Position numbers and translations under genes: made by a program. A DNA stretch of 63,222 bases, the filler included, from a bacterium (GTDB lineage Bacteria; JADJOY01), in assembly GCA_046331705.1 (NCBI GenBank). It is 3 parts of 3 records of this genome, joined end to end, with 100 filler letters (N's around TTAATTAATTAA, not from the genome) between each part and the next. Parts side by side here need not be neighbours in the genome. Positions count along the whole stretch, not along the records: positions 24,591 to 48,993 come from JAXLQJ010000083.1; 2 more parts are not named here. One strand, 5' to 3'. This document shows positions 29,724 through 38,885 of the stretch, in pieces (the stretch's first letter is position 1; each line of letters starts with the position of its first letter). The notes under the pieces are model-generated. The model was not told the DNA's origin. It saw only the letters and a program-made list of their open reading frames with translations, and searched no databases.

Positions 29724-30140
29724 TCAAATGCGGAAGACGCGAAGGACTACCCGCAGCTCACGGGGGGTGAGGCGCGGGTCAGCGTCGTGCGAACGAGGAA
29801 TCGGGGCCGCGGGGTGGAAGAGTGCGGCCGAAGCGAGCCCGACGGGCGCCGCGAGCGGCGCGGTGGCGCTGCTGCGCTCGTCGCCGTGCTTGGCGGGGTC
29901 GGAATCGGGGATCGTCAGATCGACACAGTCGTCGCTGGCGCGTGCGTCGAGATCGGATCGGGCGCTCGTGGCGTTCTCGAGGCAAGCGGAAGACCCGTGG
30001 CGGAGCTCGATCGCCACGTGTGAATCGGCGACGCAGATCACCACCGCTCCCGCGGCACGCAAGGGGATGAAGCTCCCGAGCAGCGCGAGCGCGGTGGCCA
30101 GCGTTGCGCCGACGCGACGGAGTCGATTCGTGGGAGACAT
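29724..30140 (-). CDS. Small exported Cys/His-containing protein upstream of czcCBA
   Basis: Signal/TM helix, then VICVADSHVAIELRH...C...DDCVD. Co-oriented with the pump. Start uncertain. Confidence 0.55.
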   Translation of the reverse strand: MSPTNRLRRVGATLATALALLGSFIPLRAAGAVVICVADSHVAIELRHGSSACLENATSARSDLDARASDDCVDLTIPDSDPAKHGDERSSATAPLAAPVGLASAALFHPAAPIPRSHDADPRLTPRELRVVLRVFRI

Positions 30141-30262
30141 GGCAACGAGCCCAGCGAGAGCGCGGATTCGCGCGAATGTGTGCGTCGCGCCGCGCAAGCG
30201 TCAAGCGCAGGGAAGGGCGCGCCGCCGATGCCCGGCCCGCGACGCGCGCGTCTCGGGGGTCG

Positions 30263-30649
30263 CTACCGGAGTGATTCGGTCCAATACGTCTCGTCGTCGG
30301 GCAGCTCACGTGACGAGAAATCGTCGCGGGTACCGGTGACGCCGTCCGGGCCGATCGAGACGAGCTCGCACGCGTGCTTCCAGCGTGCGTCGCAACCGCG
30401 GAGTCGGAACGGGTGACCCCAGGGGTCCGCGATCTTGCGCCCGACGCGCGGCAAAACGCGGCCCGGGTAGCGGCTGGCGAAGCGGCTGGCGGCGATCTCG
30501 CTCAGCAAGACCATGTCGCCGCGCTCGGGCGCTCGTGCGTAGGCGTTGTGAAAGATCGGCACACTTTCGCTGAGCTCATCGACGGCCATCACGCACGCGA
30601 GCGTCGCGACGCGGATGGGGCGTGCCAGGCGCTCGCTCACGTGCTTCAC
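30263..30649 (-). CDS. Hypothetical protein with a GspG/T2SS-pseudopilin-like C-terminal motif
   Basis: DPWGHPF...ELVSIGPDGVTGTRDDF. No prepilin cleavage site seen. GTG start inferred 7 nt after the upstream stop. Confidence 0.55.
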   Translation of the reverse strand: MKHVSERLARPIRVATLACVMAVDELSESVPIFHNAYARAPERGDMVLLSEIAASRFASRYPGRVLPRVGRKIADPWGHPFRLRGCDARWKHACELVSIGPDGVTGTRDDFSSRELPDDETYWTESLR

Positions 30650-30656
30650 GAGAGCA

Positions 30657-31367
30657 TCAGCCGTTCGCCGCCAGCTGGGCAGCCCAGGAGGCGAGGCCCA
30701 ACAGATTGAACGTCGCATGGCACAGGATGCAGGCATCGAGCGAGCGCATCCGCGCACGGAGCCAGCCGTTGGCGAGGCCCACGGCGAATACCGGGATCAC
30801 GGCGAGCGGGGCTTTCGCGTAGGTGAACAGGTGGACGACGCCGAAGATCGAAGCGCTCAGGCCGACGGCGGCGAGGGCCCCGTGTCGCTCGAACGCGCCG
30901 TAGAAGAAGCCGCGAAAGAGCAACTCTTCGAAGAGCGGCGCCAGCACCACGACCGGAAGCGCGAGGACGAGCAGGTCGGCGTAGCCTCCGACGGCGTGGT
31001 AGAGCTCGGTGTTCTCGATGCCCAGATCGACGAGGCTCGCGAACGCGAGATTGAAGCCGTAGAGCGCCACTCCCGCCGCCACGCCGAGCCAGCGCGTTCG
31101 GCTGGCCGCGGCTCCGAAACCCGGCAGCCGGCGAAGCGGCATGCCGAATCGAACCCGCGACATGGCGCTCATGAACGCGAGCAGCAGCAGGTAGCTGAGC
31201 GAGATCGGCACCGCGAGGCGCCAGCCCGCGAGCGTGCCGCCACCCGGTGCCAGCGCCTGGGCCGCGAGCACCTGCGCCAAGAGCGCGAACAGCAAGAGCT
31301 GCAGCGGCAGCTTGACGGTCCAGCGCGGCGATGGACGCGGCGGAAGCTCGTCCCACGCAGGCGTCAT
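30657..31367 (-). CDS. CPBP/Abi (CAAX protease-like) intramembrane metalloprotease
   Basis: PLFEELLFRG, FGVVH and ILCHATFN motifs. ATGA overlap with the phosphatase. Confidence 0.88.
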   Translation of the reverse strand: MTPAWDELPPRPSPRWTVKLPLQLLLFALLAQVLAAQALAPGGGTLAGWRLAVPISLSYLLLLAFMSAMSRVRFGMPLRRLPGFGAAASRTRWLGVAAGVALYGFNLAFASLVDLGIENTELYHAVGGYADLLVLALPVVVLAPLFEELLFRGFFYGAFERHGALAAVGLSASIFGVVHLFTYAKAPLAVIPVFAVGLANGWLRARMRSLDACILCHATFNLLGLASWAAQLAANG

Positions 31368-31867
31368 GGGGCTTGGGCGGCGAGTGCGGCGAAGTCGTAG
31401 ACGAAGGTCTCCTGGTCCCAGTTCTCGAGGGAGCCGGGACGATGGGCACGCACGGTGTGGATGGCTTGGCGCGCGGAAAGCCCGTGGCGCACCAGCAAGC
31501 ACGCGGTGACCGTGCCCGTGCGTCCGATGCCCGCCGCGCAATGGACGAGCGCGGTGCCGCCGCTGCTCAACGACGCGTCGAGCTCGTCGATGGCGCGCGT
31601 CATCGCATCCAGCGTGGGCACGCCGAAGTCGCGGATCGGATGGCGATGCACCCGGAAGCGTGCGCGGGCGTAGGCGTCGAGGAGCTTCGGCACTCCCCAT
31701 GCCCGGAAGTCGCGATCTTCGAGGAGGCAGAAGATCGATTGGATGCCCGATTCCTCGAGGCTCGCGAGGTCGGCCTCGATGCCGCGGTACGTGCCCGGGC
31801 AGCCCGAGGTCCCGAGCCGACCCGGCGTGAGGCTCGCGATGTCGTCGTACCAGGTGATCGGCACCAT
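31364..31867 (-). CDS. Dual-specificity/tyrosine protein phosphatase (CDKN3-like)
   Basis: HPIRDFGVP, VHCAAGIGRTG (HCx5R) and VRAHRPGSLE. Confidence 0.9.
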   Translation of the reverse strand: MVPITWYDDIASLTPGRLGTSGCPGTYRGIEADLASLEESGIQSIFCLLEDRDFRAWGVPKLLDAYARARFRVHRHPIRDFGVPTLDAMTRAIDELDASLSSGGTALVHCAAGIGRTGTVTACLLVRHGLSARQAIHTVRAHRPGSLENWDQETFVYDFAALAAQAP

Positions 31868-31962
31868 GCGGGAATCGTAGCAGGGCAGCGCGCGTGGTGA
31901 TCCGTCGCGGGACGCGGGTGCGCCGTCGCGGGAGGCGGCAGGGCCTGTGGCATCTTGTGCGG

Positions 31963-32949
31963 ATGACTGAGCCCGTGACCGACGAGCCAGTGGAGCGAGC
32001 GGAGATCGCCGCGGCGATCGACCGAGCCATCGACGCCTACGTCGCCGAGCGCCGTCGCAAGCTGCCGGAGTTCGTGGAGCGCTCGTTCTCGTTCTCGGCG
32101 GCGCTCGCGCTTCACCGGCGGACCTTCGGCCGCGACCTCTACAAGTACCCGCTCAACCTCGTGCTCGCGCCACCGGCGGTGGTGGCGCACGGCTTGGGTG
32201 CGTTGGCCGCTCGCGCGGGAGCGAAGCGCATCGGAGCGCGCTTGCGCGGCGTGCCGCTCGGGATCCCGACGGCGCTCGAGCGCGAGATTCGCTGGCGCGT
32301 CCACACCGAGCTCCTCGAGCTGCCCTATGCCGAGGGGGATCGCGCGTCCGAGCGCGACGCGCTCCTCGATGCGATCCTCGCGCAGCCGGAGATCACGGAG
32401 CGCTGCGAGCGCTACCTCGACGAGATCGGTCGTCACGCGGCGCGCGCCGATCTCCGACCGACGCTCGAACGTAACCTCGCCGAGTACGCGAAGACGCGGG
32501 TCGGCGTCGCCGATCTCGCCGGCAGCGTGATCAGCCTCGGCCTGGGAGCGGCGATCTTCGACAAGGCCACGCCCGGCGCCGTCTCCGCGGGCGGCGCGGC
32601 GGCCGCGGCGATCGCGCAGCAGGTGGCCATCGCGAATTTCGCGCTCGGTCCAGCGCTCGGGTCGATCTACTACGGCATCTTCCCGGCCACGGCGTCGGCG
32701 GGGTTGCTGGTCGCCACCACCGGCGCGTTGATGGCGGGAGTGGGCGTGCTCACGGCGTTGTCGTGGATCGTGATCGACCCGGTGCTCGCGCGAACCGGGT
32801 TCCACCAGCGGAGGTTGGATCGGTTCCTGACCGCGCTCGCCACCGAGTTGCACGGCGAGCGCGGGAATTACCGCGTTCGCGAGCACTATCTGGCGCGGGT
32901 CTTCGACGTGCTCGACGTGCTCCGCGGCGCGGCGCTCGCGCTGCGCTGA
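31963..32949 (+). CDS. Conserved hypothetical membrane-associated protein (DUF6635-like)
   Basis: YVAERRRKLPEFVERSFS...ALHRRTFGRDL and DPVLARTGFHQRRL. Family name is from memory. Confidence 0.65.
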   Translation: MTEPVTDEPVERAEIAAAIDRAIDAYVAERRRKLPEFVERSFSFSAALALHRRTFGRDLYKYPLNLVLAPPAVVAHGLGALAARAGAKRIGARLRGVPLGIPTALEREIRWRVHTELLELPYAEGDRASERDALLDAILAQPEITERCERYLDEIGRHAARADLRPTLERNLAEYAKTRVGVADLAGSVISLGLGAAIFDKATPGAVSAGGAAAAAIAQQVAIANFALGPALGSIYYGIFPATASAGLLVATTGALMAGVGVLTALSWIVIDPVLARTGFHQRRLDRFLTALATELHGERGNYRVREHYLARVFDVLDVLRGAALALR

Positions 32950-32983
32950 CCGCGCTCGTCGCGACGCCGGGGTGCTCGCACGC

Positions 32984-33400
32984 TCAGTCGGTCTTGGGGC
33001 CTTCGAGGAACGCGCGCAGCCGCGTCTGGCTCTCGGCGTCGAGGTACGAGAACACCACGCCGATGGTGAAGCGCCGCCGCGCGCCCGCCGCCGACCGCCG
33101 CACCCACACGACGCGTCCGGTCGCGGCGATGGCACCCTTCGCGCCGTCGAGCGCGAGCTCGATGTCGAGGCGCGTGAGCGGCTCGGGCTCCATCGGCGGA
33201 AGCAGCGAGATGCCGTCGGTCTCGAGCTGATCGGTCGTGAGCATCGCGCCGAGCAGCGAGACGTTCATCGCTTCGGCGTCGACGTGCGCGGTGGCGCGGC
33301 CATCGTCGTGCACCAGCCGGTAGACGGCGGGCACGCACAGCGGCGCGCGAACCGCACGCCGTTGCTCGGCACCGCTCGAGGTCGCGCGCGATCCGCCCAT
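32984..33400 (-). CDS. Single-domain PilZ protein
   Basis: EQRRAVR (RxxxR), NVSLLG (D/NxSxxG), GRVVWVR and IGVVF. Confidence 0.82.
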   Translation of the reverse strand: MGGSRATSSGAEQRRAVRAPLCVPAVYRLVHDDGRATAHVDAEAMNVSLLGAMLTTDQLETDGISLLPPMEPEPLTRLDIELALDGAKGAIAATGRVVWVRRSAAGARRRFTIGVVFSYLDAESQTRLRAFLEGPKTD

Positions 33401-33428
33401 GGGGACCTCCGTTCGCTGGTGTCGGATC

Positions 33429-34241
33429 CTACGCTCGTGGCGCCAAGAGCTCCAACGTCGCCTTCGCCATGATGCGCACCGCGCGCGGCCGCGGCAGCAG
33501 CCGCGTCATGAGGAACGCCGCCGCCTTGTTGGCCAAGCCGGGGATCACGGAGGGGCGATGGCCGAGCGCCGCGAGCGCGGTGCGCACCACGTCCTCGGGC
33601 TCGCCGACCGGCGCCGCCGTGCTTCGCCCCGCGGTGTTCGAGAGGTAGCCGGGCGTGCGGGTGGCGCCCGCGAGACAGCTCAGCACGTCGACGCCGCGAG
33701 GGCCGAGCTCGCCCCACAGGCTCTCGCCCAGGATCAGGTTCCACGCCTTGGTGGCTGCGTAGTTGCCGATGTAGGGCGTGCCCTGGATGCCGCTCAGCGA
33801 CGTCATCAGGATCAGCCCGCCATGGCCGCGCGCGAGCATCTTCGGCACCAGCGCGTCGATCAGCACCAGCGGTCCGCGGCAATTGAGATCGAGCTCGTTG
33901 AGCCGGCTCTCGAGCGGATGATCGAAGTAATGACCGATGAGCGAGAGCGCCGCGTTGTAGACGAGCATCCCGATCTCGAGCTCGGCGCCGATTCGTCCCA
34001 GCTCGCGCACCGCATCGGCGTTGGCGAGGTCGACCGAGAGGGCACGCACCTCGGTGCCGTGTCGCGAGCGCAGCTCGTTGGCGAAGGCTTCGAGCGGCTC
34101 GAGCCGGCGCGCGGCGAGCACCAGGTGGAGGCCGCGGCGCGCCAGCTCGCGCGCGAACTCGGCGCCGATTCCCTCGGACGCGCCGGCGACGAGCGCCCAA
34201 GGGCCGTACTTGGCGCGAAACGCTTCGCTGCTCTCGCTCAC
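33429..34241 (-). CDS. Short-chain dehydrogenase/reductase (17beta-HSD/KAR-like subgroup)
   Basis: KYGPWALVAGASEGIG, LVYNAA and YAATK. GTG start overlaps the upstream stop. Confidence 0.9.
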   Translation of the reverse strand: MSESSEAFRAKYGPWALVAGASEGIGAEFARELARRGLHLVLAARRLEPLEAFANELRSRHGTEVRALSVDLANADAVRELGRIGAELEIGMLVYNAALSLIGHYFDHPLESRLNELDLNCRGPLVLIDALVPKMLARGHGGLILMTSLSGIQGTPYIGNYAATKAWNLILGESLWGELGPRGVDVLSCLAGATRTPGYLSNTAGRSTAAPVGEPEDVVRTALAALGHRPSVIPGLANKAAAFLMTRLLPRPRAVRIMAKATLELLAPRA

Positions 34242-34873
34242 GGCGTTGCCGCGGATGCCGGCGAGCCACCGCCCGGAGCGCTCGCTGCTGGCGCGGAAGC
34301 GGCAGGCGCGGGCGTGGCGGGTGCGGCGGGTGCGGCGGGTGCGACGGCGAGCGGCGAGACCGGACGCGTGAACGGGTGCGGTCGTAGGTTGCGAAGCAGG
34401 ATCAGCACCGGAAAGACCGCCCACGGCAGGTTCGCCATGGTCATCACGAACAGGTTCTTGGTCGGCCACTGCCCCCAATACTCCTCGGACATGATGCAGC
34501 AGATGATCACGATCAAGAAGCTGCCGTAGATGATGCTGGGGATGCGGATCCACTCGCGTCCGCGGGCGTAGGCGTAGATGGCGAACGCGTAGAACGGCCC
34601 GAAGTAGAGCGCGTCCACCCAGATCGTGACCTTCCAGAAGGGCGGGCGGGCGAGCAGCAGCGGATCGAACTTCTCGCCCCACCAATGCACCATGTTCACC
34701 GCCCACGCGGGCGGCCAGGGCGGATAGATCTTGTTCGCCAGGAACGCCTGGTAATCGGGGATCGCGATCTGCTCGAAATCCACGAAGTACACGATGAACG
34801 GCAGATTGATGAGGAAGAAGACCAGGAACGCGATGTCCAGACGACGTTCGCGCAGCGGGATGACTTCTCGCAT
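34238..34873 (-). CDS. EXPERA-domain (emopamil-binding protein/TMEM97-like) membrane protein
   Basis: Four TM helices, WWGEKFDPLLLARPPFWKVTIWVDALYFGPFY and ANLPWAVFP. Confidence 0.75.
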   Translation of the reverse strand: MREVIPLRERRLDIAFLVFFLINLPFIVYFVDFEQIAIPDYQAFLANKIYPPWPPAWAVNMVHWWGEKFDPLLLARPPFWKVTIWVDALYFGPFYAFAIYAYARGREWIRIPSIIYGSFLIVIICCIMSEEYWGQWPTKNLFVMTMANLPWAVFPVLILLRNLRPHPFTRPVSPLAVAPAAPAAPATPAPAASAPAASAPGGGSPASAATP

Positions 34874-35070
34874 GGGGCCGGCTCCGTGACGGTGAACGAG
34901 GAAGAGGCGGAGTTCCCTACCGCACCCCGGCCCCCGAGCACAAGCATCATCGGGTGGCGGGGTGGCGGCGTCGAACGCTCGTGGCACGTCGATCAGCGGA
35001 TCGAGTCGAACGGATGCTGGATCGACACGGCTCGCCCGCGAGGCGAGAGTGCATGCGTGGAGGTCTCGTC

Positions 35071-35592
35071 ATGAGCGGCGCTCACGTGCACCTGCTGGTC
35101 AATCACATCCCGATCGTCGGCGCGATCCTGACCGTGCCGATCCTCCTGATCGCGCTCGTCGCCCGCGCTCAACGCGGGCTCGCGGTCGCGGCGGCCGTGC
35201 TGCTGACGTTCGGCGCGCTGGGCGCCGGCGCCGCGCTCTATTCCGGCGAAGGCGCGGAGAAAGCCGTCGAGCATCTCGCGGGAGTCCGCCAGGGCGACAT
35301 CGAGATCCACGAGGAGCGCGCCGAGGTCGCCGCGGGGCTGGCCTTGGTGGCGGCGCTCGCGGCGATCGGGCTCGCGCTGGTCGAGCTGGAACGCGCCGCG
35401 CCCGCGCCGCGCGCATTCGTTGCCGCGGTCCTGGCGCTCTCGCTCGCGAATGCTGGCGTGATGGCGTGGACGGGTGCCTCGGGCGGCGTGATCCGTCACA
35501 CCGAGATTCGCAGCGGCGCGGACGCGGCGGGGCAAACGCCCGCTGCCGAGCGGGCGCGCGCCGAGCGCGAAGAGGAACGCGAACACGACTGA
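35071..35592 (+). CDS. DUF2231-like membrane protein (His-containing TM helices)
   Basis: HVHLLVNHIPIVG, SGEGAE, IEIHEERA and GGVIRHTEIR. GGAGG RBS. Confidence 0.7.
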   Translation: MSGAHVHLLVNHIPIVGAILTVPILLIALVARAQRGLAVAAAVLLTFGALGAGAALYSGEGAEKAVEHLAGVRQGDIEIHEERAEVAAGLALVAALAAIGLALVELERAAPAPRAFVAAVLALSLANAGVMAWTGASGGVIRHTEIRSGADAAGQTPAAERARAEREEEREHD

Positions 35593-35652
35593 TCGTGTTC
35601 GAATCGCGTTCGCGAGGGTGGCGGCCGCGAGCTCGGCCTGGAAAGCGCGGGC

Positions 35653-37305
35653 TCAGCTCGAGGGCTCGTCCGCGCGCTGCTGTGCGGTCAGCCACGCGCG
35701 CCCTTCGCGAAGCACCTCGTGGAGCGCCGGATCGCGCTCACGGGCGAACGGCGCGTCGCCGAGCAGGATCTGCCTGGCGATCTGCTCGCAGGTGTCGATC
35801 CATCCGTCCGCGCGCGTTCGCGCACGGTCCCGCTCGCGCTCGTAGGATTCGCGATCGGGATGCCGCTTGCCCGGGCCCCACGGGGCGTCGGGACCGTCGG
35901 ATGCGGTCGTGTCTTGCGCCACGAGCGCGTCGCGACGCCGTAGCGTCGCGAGGCCGAGCTCGAGCGCCGCGTGTGACGCGTAGCGCGCCGACTCGGCGCC
36001 GAGCGCCGCGCTCGCTGCGCTCAAGCGATCGTCGAGCCGCATCGCGTTGCGGGCGCCGAGCGCGCCGAGCGCTTCGCGGGCGGTCGGCAAGTAGCGAACG
36101 TACGTTTCCGGTGGACGCGAGCGCGTGACGAACGCCACCAGTGCCGCGACGAGCAGCACCGCGATCGCCGCGGGCATGGTCGCGGATCGGGAGCGCCATC
36201 GAGCGCGCGCCGCCGGGCGCGCGGGCGATGCCGCCGGGGCCGCGGGCGCCGGCGTTCCGGTGCGCGGCGTCGCGGGCGTTGCGTCGGCCGCCCCGCCGCG
36301 CAGATACGCATCGGTGCGCGGCTCCGTCACCCCCGCGCTGCCGGGATCGAGCAGCGGCAGACCCTGCAGGTTGTAGCGGAGGACCTCGAGGAACTCGCGG
36401 GCTTCCTCGAACGCGATCAGCACCTCGTGCCAGTGTCCGATGGCCTCCGATTCCGCGCCGCTCGTGGTGCCGCCGTCGTCCAAGGACGGATTCGCATCCA
36501 CCGCGATCTCGTGCGCGGGCACGCTGGCGAGCGCCTCGCGAGCCGCGTTCAGCACGCGGCCCGCCGCTCCGAGCGCGGCGGCTTGCTCACGGCTCACGTC
36601 GATCAGGCGCCATTCCACGGCATCCAGGATCTCGATCGCCCACATCTGCGCCGCGAGCGCTCGTTGCACCGCCTCGCGCCCCAACCACGCGCGGCGCAGG
36701 CCCATGCTCGGCGCCAGCGGCTTTCCCGCGAAATGGAACGCGACGCGTCCGTCGGGCCCGGCCGCGATGTCCTCGGGAGTGGCCGCGAGCCAGCGCAGCA
36801 GCCGGTCGAGCGTCGGCTCGGGACGGCTGGCCGAGGCTTCGATCTCGGCGGTCTCGGGGTCGAGGCTCCACCACGCGATCGCGTGCCAGCCGGGATCGAT
36901 CGTGGGCACTTCCACCGGCCACGCGATGGTCCCGAGCCCGTCGGTCGGAACCAGCGCGGGCTCGCGGTCGAGCAGCCGTTCGATCCGGTCGCGCAGCGCA
37001 TCCGACGCATCGGTGAACTGCAGCCCGAAGCCGCTCACCGCGCCGGCGATGCCGCGCCGATTGTGATAGAGCACCGTCGCCTGGACGCGCAGCGGCTCGC
37101 GGCCCTCGTCGGGCAGCGGCGCGACGATCCGGATCGTCGCGCGGATCGGCACCAGGTGCGCGGTCTCGAGGAACATCCCCTCCGCGCTCAGCGAGCGCAC
37201 CACCGCGCGGTGGATGGTGCGTGCATCGCCGGTGAAGCGCGCGGGGAGCGAAACATCGCGCCGGCGATTCCTACGCCGTTCGCGACCGGGATCGGAAGAG
37301 GTCAT
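35653..37305 (-). CDS. N-terminal PilZ domain protein with an unknown central region and one TM helix
   Basis: RRRNRR, SLSAEGMFL and GFGLQF, then a Pro/Ala linker and TM AAIAVLLVAALVAFV. Confidence 0.65.
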   Translation of the reverse strand: MTSSDPGRERRRNRRRDVSLPARFTGDARTIHRAVVRSLSAEGMFLETAHLVPIRATIRIVAPLPDEGREPLRVQATVLYHNRRGIAGAVSGFGLQFTDASDALRDRIERLLDREPALVPTDGLGTIAWPVEVPTIDPGWHAIAWWSLDPETAEIEASASRPEPTLDRLLRWLAATPEDIAAGPDGRVAFHFAGKPLAPSMGLRRAWLGREAVQRALAAQMWAIEILDAVEWRLIDVSREQAAALGAAGRVLNAAREALASVPAHEIAVDANPSLDDGGTTSGAESEAIGHWHEVLIAFEEAREFLEVLRYNLQGLPLLDPGSAGVTEPRTDAYLRGGAADATPATPRTGTPAPAAPAASPARPAARARWRSRSATMPAAIAVLLVAALVAFVTRSRPPETYVRYLPTAREALGALGARNAMRLDDRLSAASAALGAESARYASHAALELGLATLRRRDALVAQDTTASDGPDAPWGPGKRHPDRESYERERDRARTRADGWIDTCEQIARQILLGDAPFARERDPALHEVLREGRAWLTAQQRADEPSS

Positions 37306-37430
37306 CGCAATGTCGGCGGCTCATCCGAGGGGGCGGGGACTCGCCGGGCGCTGGCGCCCGCATTGTCGGGAAGATCGGAGGTCGAGACAAGAACTTTAGC
37401 GACGATCGGCGCGCGTTCGCGCCGCCGCCG

Positions 37431-38783
37431 TCACCGGGCGGCGAATTCCGTCACGTCGATCATTCGCGTGAGCGCCGCGCGCGCGTGGCGCACGATGTCG
37501 GCGCGATCGTCGTCGTCGAGGCGCTCGCGCCAACCGGTGCGCTCGTTCACCACGTCGCCCGCGAGCACGCGATTGAGATCGGGCGGCGAGCCCTTGCGCA
37601 ACAGGTCGAGCATCGCCACCAGGTGCGGCGGATCGTTGCGGCTCATGGTCGCGCAGCCGCAGCCGGTGGTGCCGCGATCCACCTCGGGAACGTCGGCGAG
37701 ATTCACGACCTCGACGCCGCGCAGCCGCGCTTGCTCGCGAGCGTTGCGCACGAAATGCGCCTCGGTCCCCACCGCGAGCTTGGCCCCCGCGCCCGCGTTC
37801 ATCACCTCGCTCCAGAGGTAGTTGGTGGAGCCGTTGCCATCGGCGGCGGCGACGACCTCGCGCGTGCACTCGGGATGGACGAGGACGCGGTAGCCGCGGC
37901 TTCGCCAGTACTCGATCTGCCGGGTCGAGAACACCGTGTGCACGCCGCAGAACGAGCCCCACGAGATCATCTCGGCGCGATCGAGGCGCGCCTCGTCCGC
38001 GCCCGTGGGCACGTAGTGCATGCCGTCGAGGCCGCCGGGCCAGTGGAAGATGCGCTCCGGATCGATGCCCACTTGGTGGGCGACGTTGTCGCCCAGGTGC
38101 CGGTCGGGAAGGAAGAAGATCCGCTTGCCCGCCTTGCGTGCCCAGCGCACGATCTTCTCGGCGTTCGAGCTGGTGCAGCAGGCGCCGCCGGTGCGACCTG
38201 CGAGCGCCTTCAAGCGCCCCGAGGTGTTCATGTAGGCGATGCCGAGCAGGTCGTCGCCGAAACGTTCCACCAGGTAGTCGAAGGCCGGCAGCACCATGTG
38301 CTCCTTGGCCAGCATCTCCATCGTGCAGCCCGCCTTCGGGTTGGTGATGTAGACCGCCTGATCGGGCGCCGCGAGGATGGCGATCGCCTCCGCCATGAAG
38401 TGCACCGCCGACTCCACGAAGATCTGGGTGCCGGGGTGGAGCACCGCCTGGCGCGCGAGCAAGTAGCTGTCGGCGACGCTGCCGCCGTAACGCTCGACCA
38501 GCTTCACGATCTCGCCGCCCATGTAGAAGTGCGCGAGCAGCATCAACTTCGGGCCGAAATGGTCGAGCGCGGGCCGGATGTACGAGTCCATCCAGGGCAG
38601 CACGACGTCGGGCGCGCGGCTCGGAAGCGCCAGGTATTCCTCGGCGTAGGGCTTGAACTCCGCTTGGTACCAGTCGAGCGGAAGATCCATCTGGCAGATC
38701 GGCATCCCAGGCTCGAGCACGATGCCGCTCGAGCGGATCGAACGATCTTCGGTGACGTGCCGGGCTGCGGCGGACTGCGCCAC
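37431..38783 (-). CDS. nadA: Quinolinate synthase
   Basis: LLAHFY, ADSYLLA, VHFMAE, AGCTM, AYMNTS, CTSSNA, FLPDRHLG, CGVH, VHPEC, VGTE and CATM. GAGGAGG RBS before GTG at 38783. Confidence 0.92.
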   Translation of the reverse strand: MAQSAAARHVTEDRSIRSSGIVLEPGMPICQMDLPLDWYQAEFKPYAEEYLALPSRAPDVVLPWMDSYIRPALDHFGPKLMLLAHFYMGGEIVKLVERYGGSVADSYLLARQAVLHPGTQIFVESAVHFMAEAIAILAAPDQAVYITNPKAGCTMEMLAKEHMVLPAFDYLVERFGDDLLGIAYMNTSGRLKALAGRTGGACCTSSNAEKIVRWARKAGKRIFFLPDRHLGDNVAHQVGIDPERIFHWPGGLDGMHYVPTGADEARLDRAEMISWGSFCGVHTVFSTRQIEYWRSRGYRVLVHPECTREVVAAADGNGSTNYLWSEVMNAGAGAKLAVGTEAHFVRNAREQARLRGVEVVNLADVPEVDRGTTGCGCATMSRNDPPHLVAMLDLLRKGSPPDLNRVLAGDVVNERTGWRERLDDDDRADIVRHARAALTRMIDVTEFAAR

Positions 38784-38885
38784 GGGCGATTCCTCCTCGG
38801 TTGAGCTCGGAGTGTGTCCGAGCGCCGAGGATGCTGTCGCGGGGGGCGCCGCCCCGTGCGCCCGCCCGGCCACGGTGCCCGTGGC

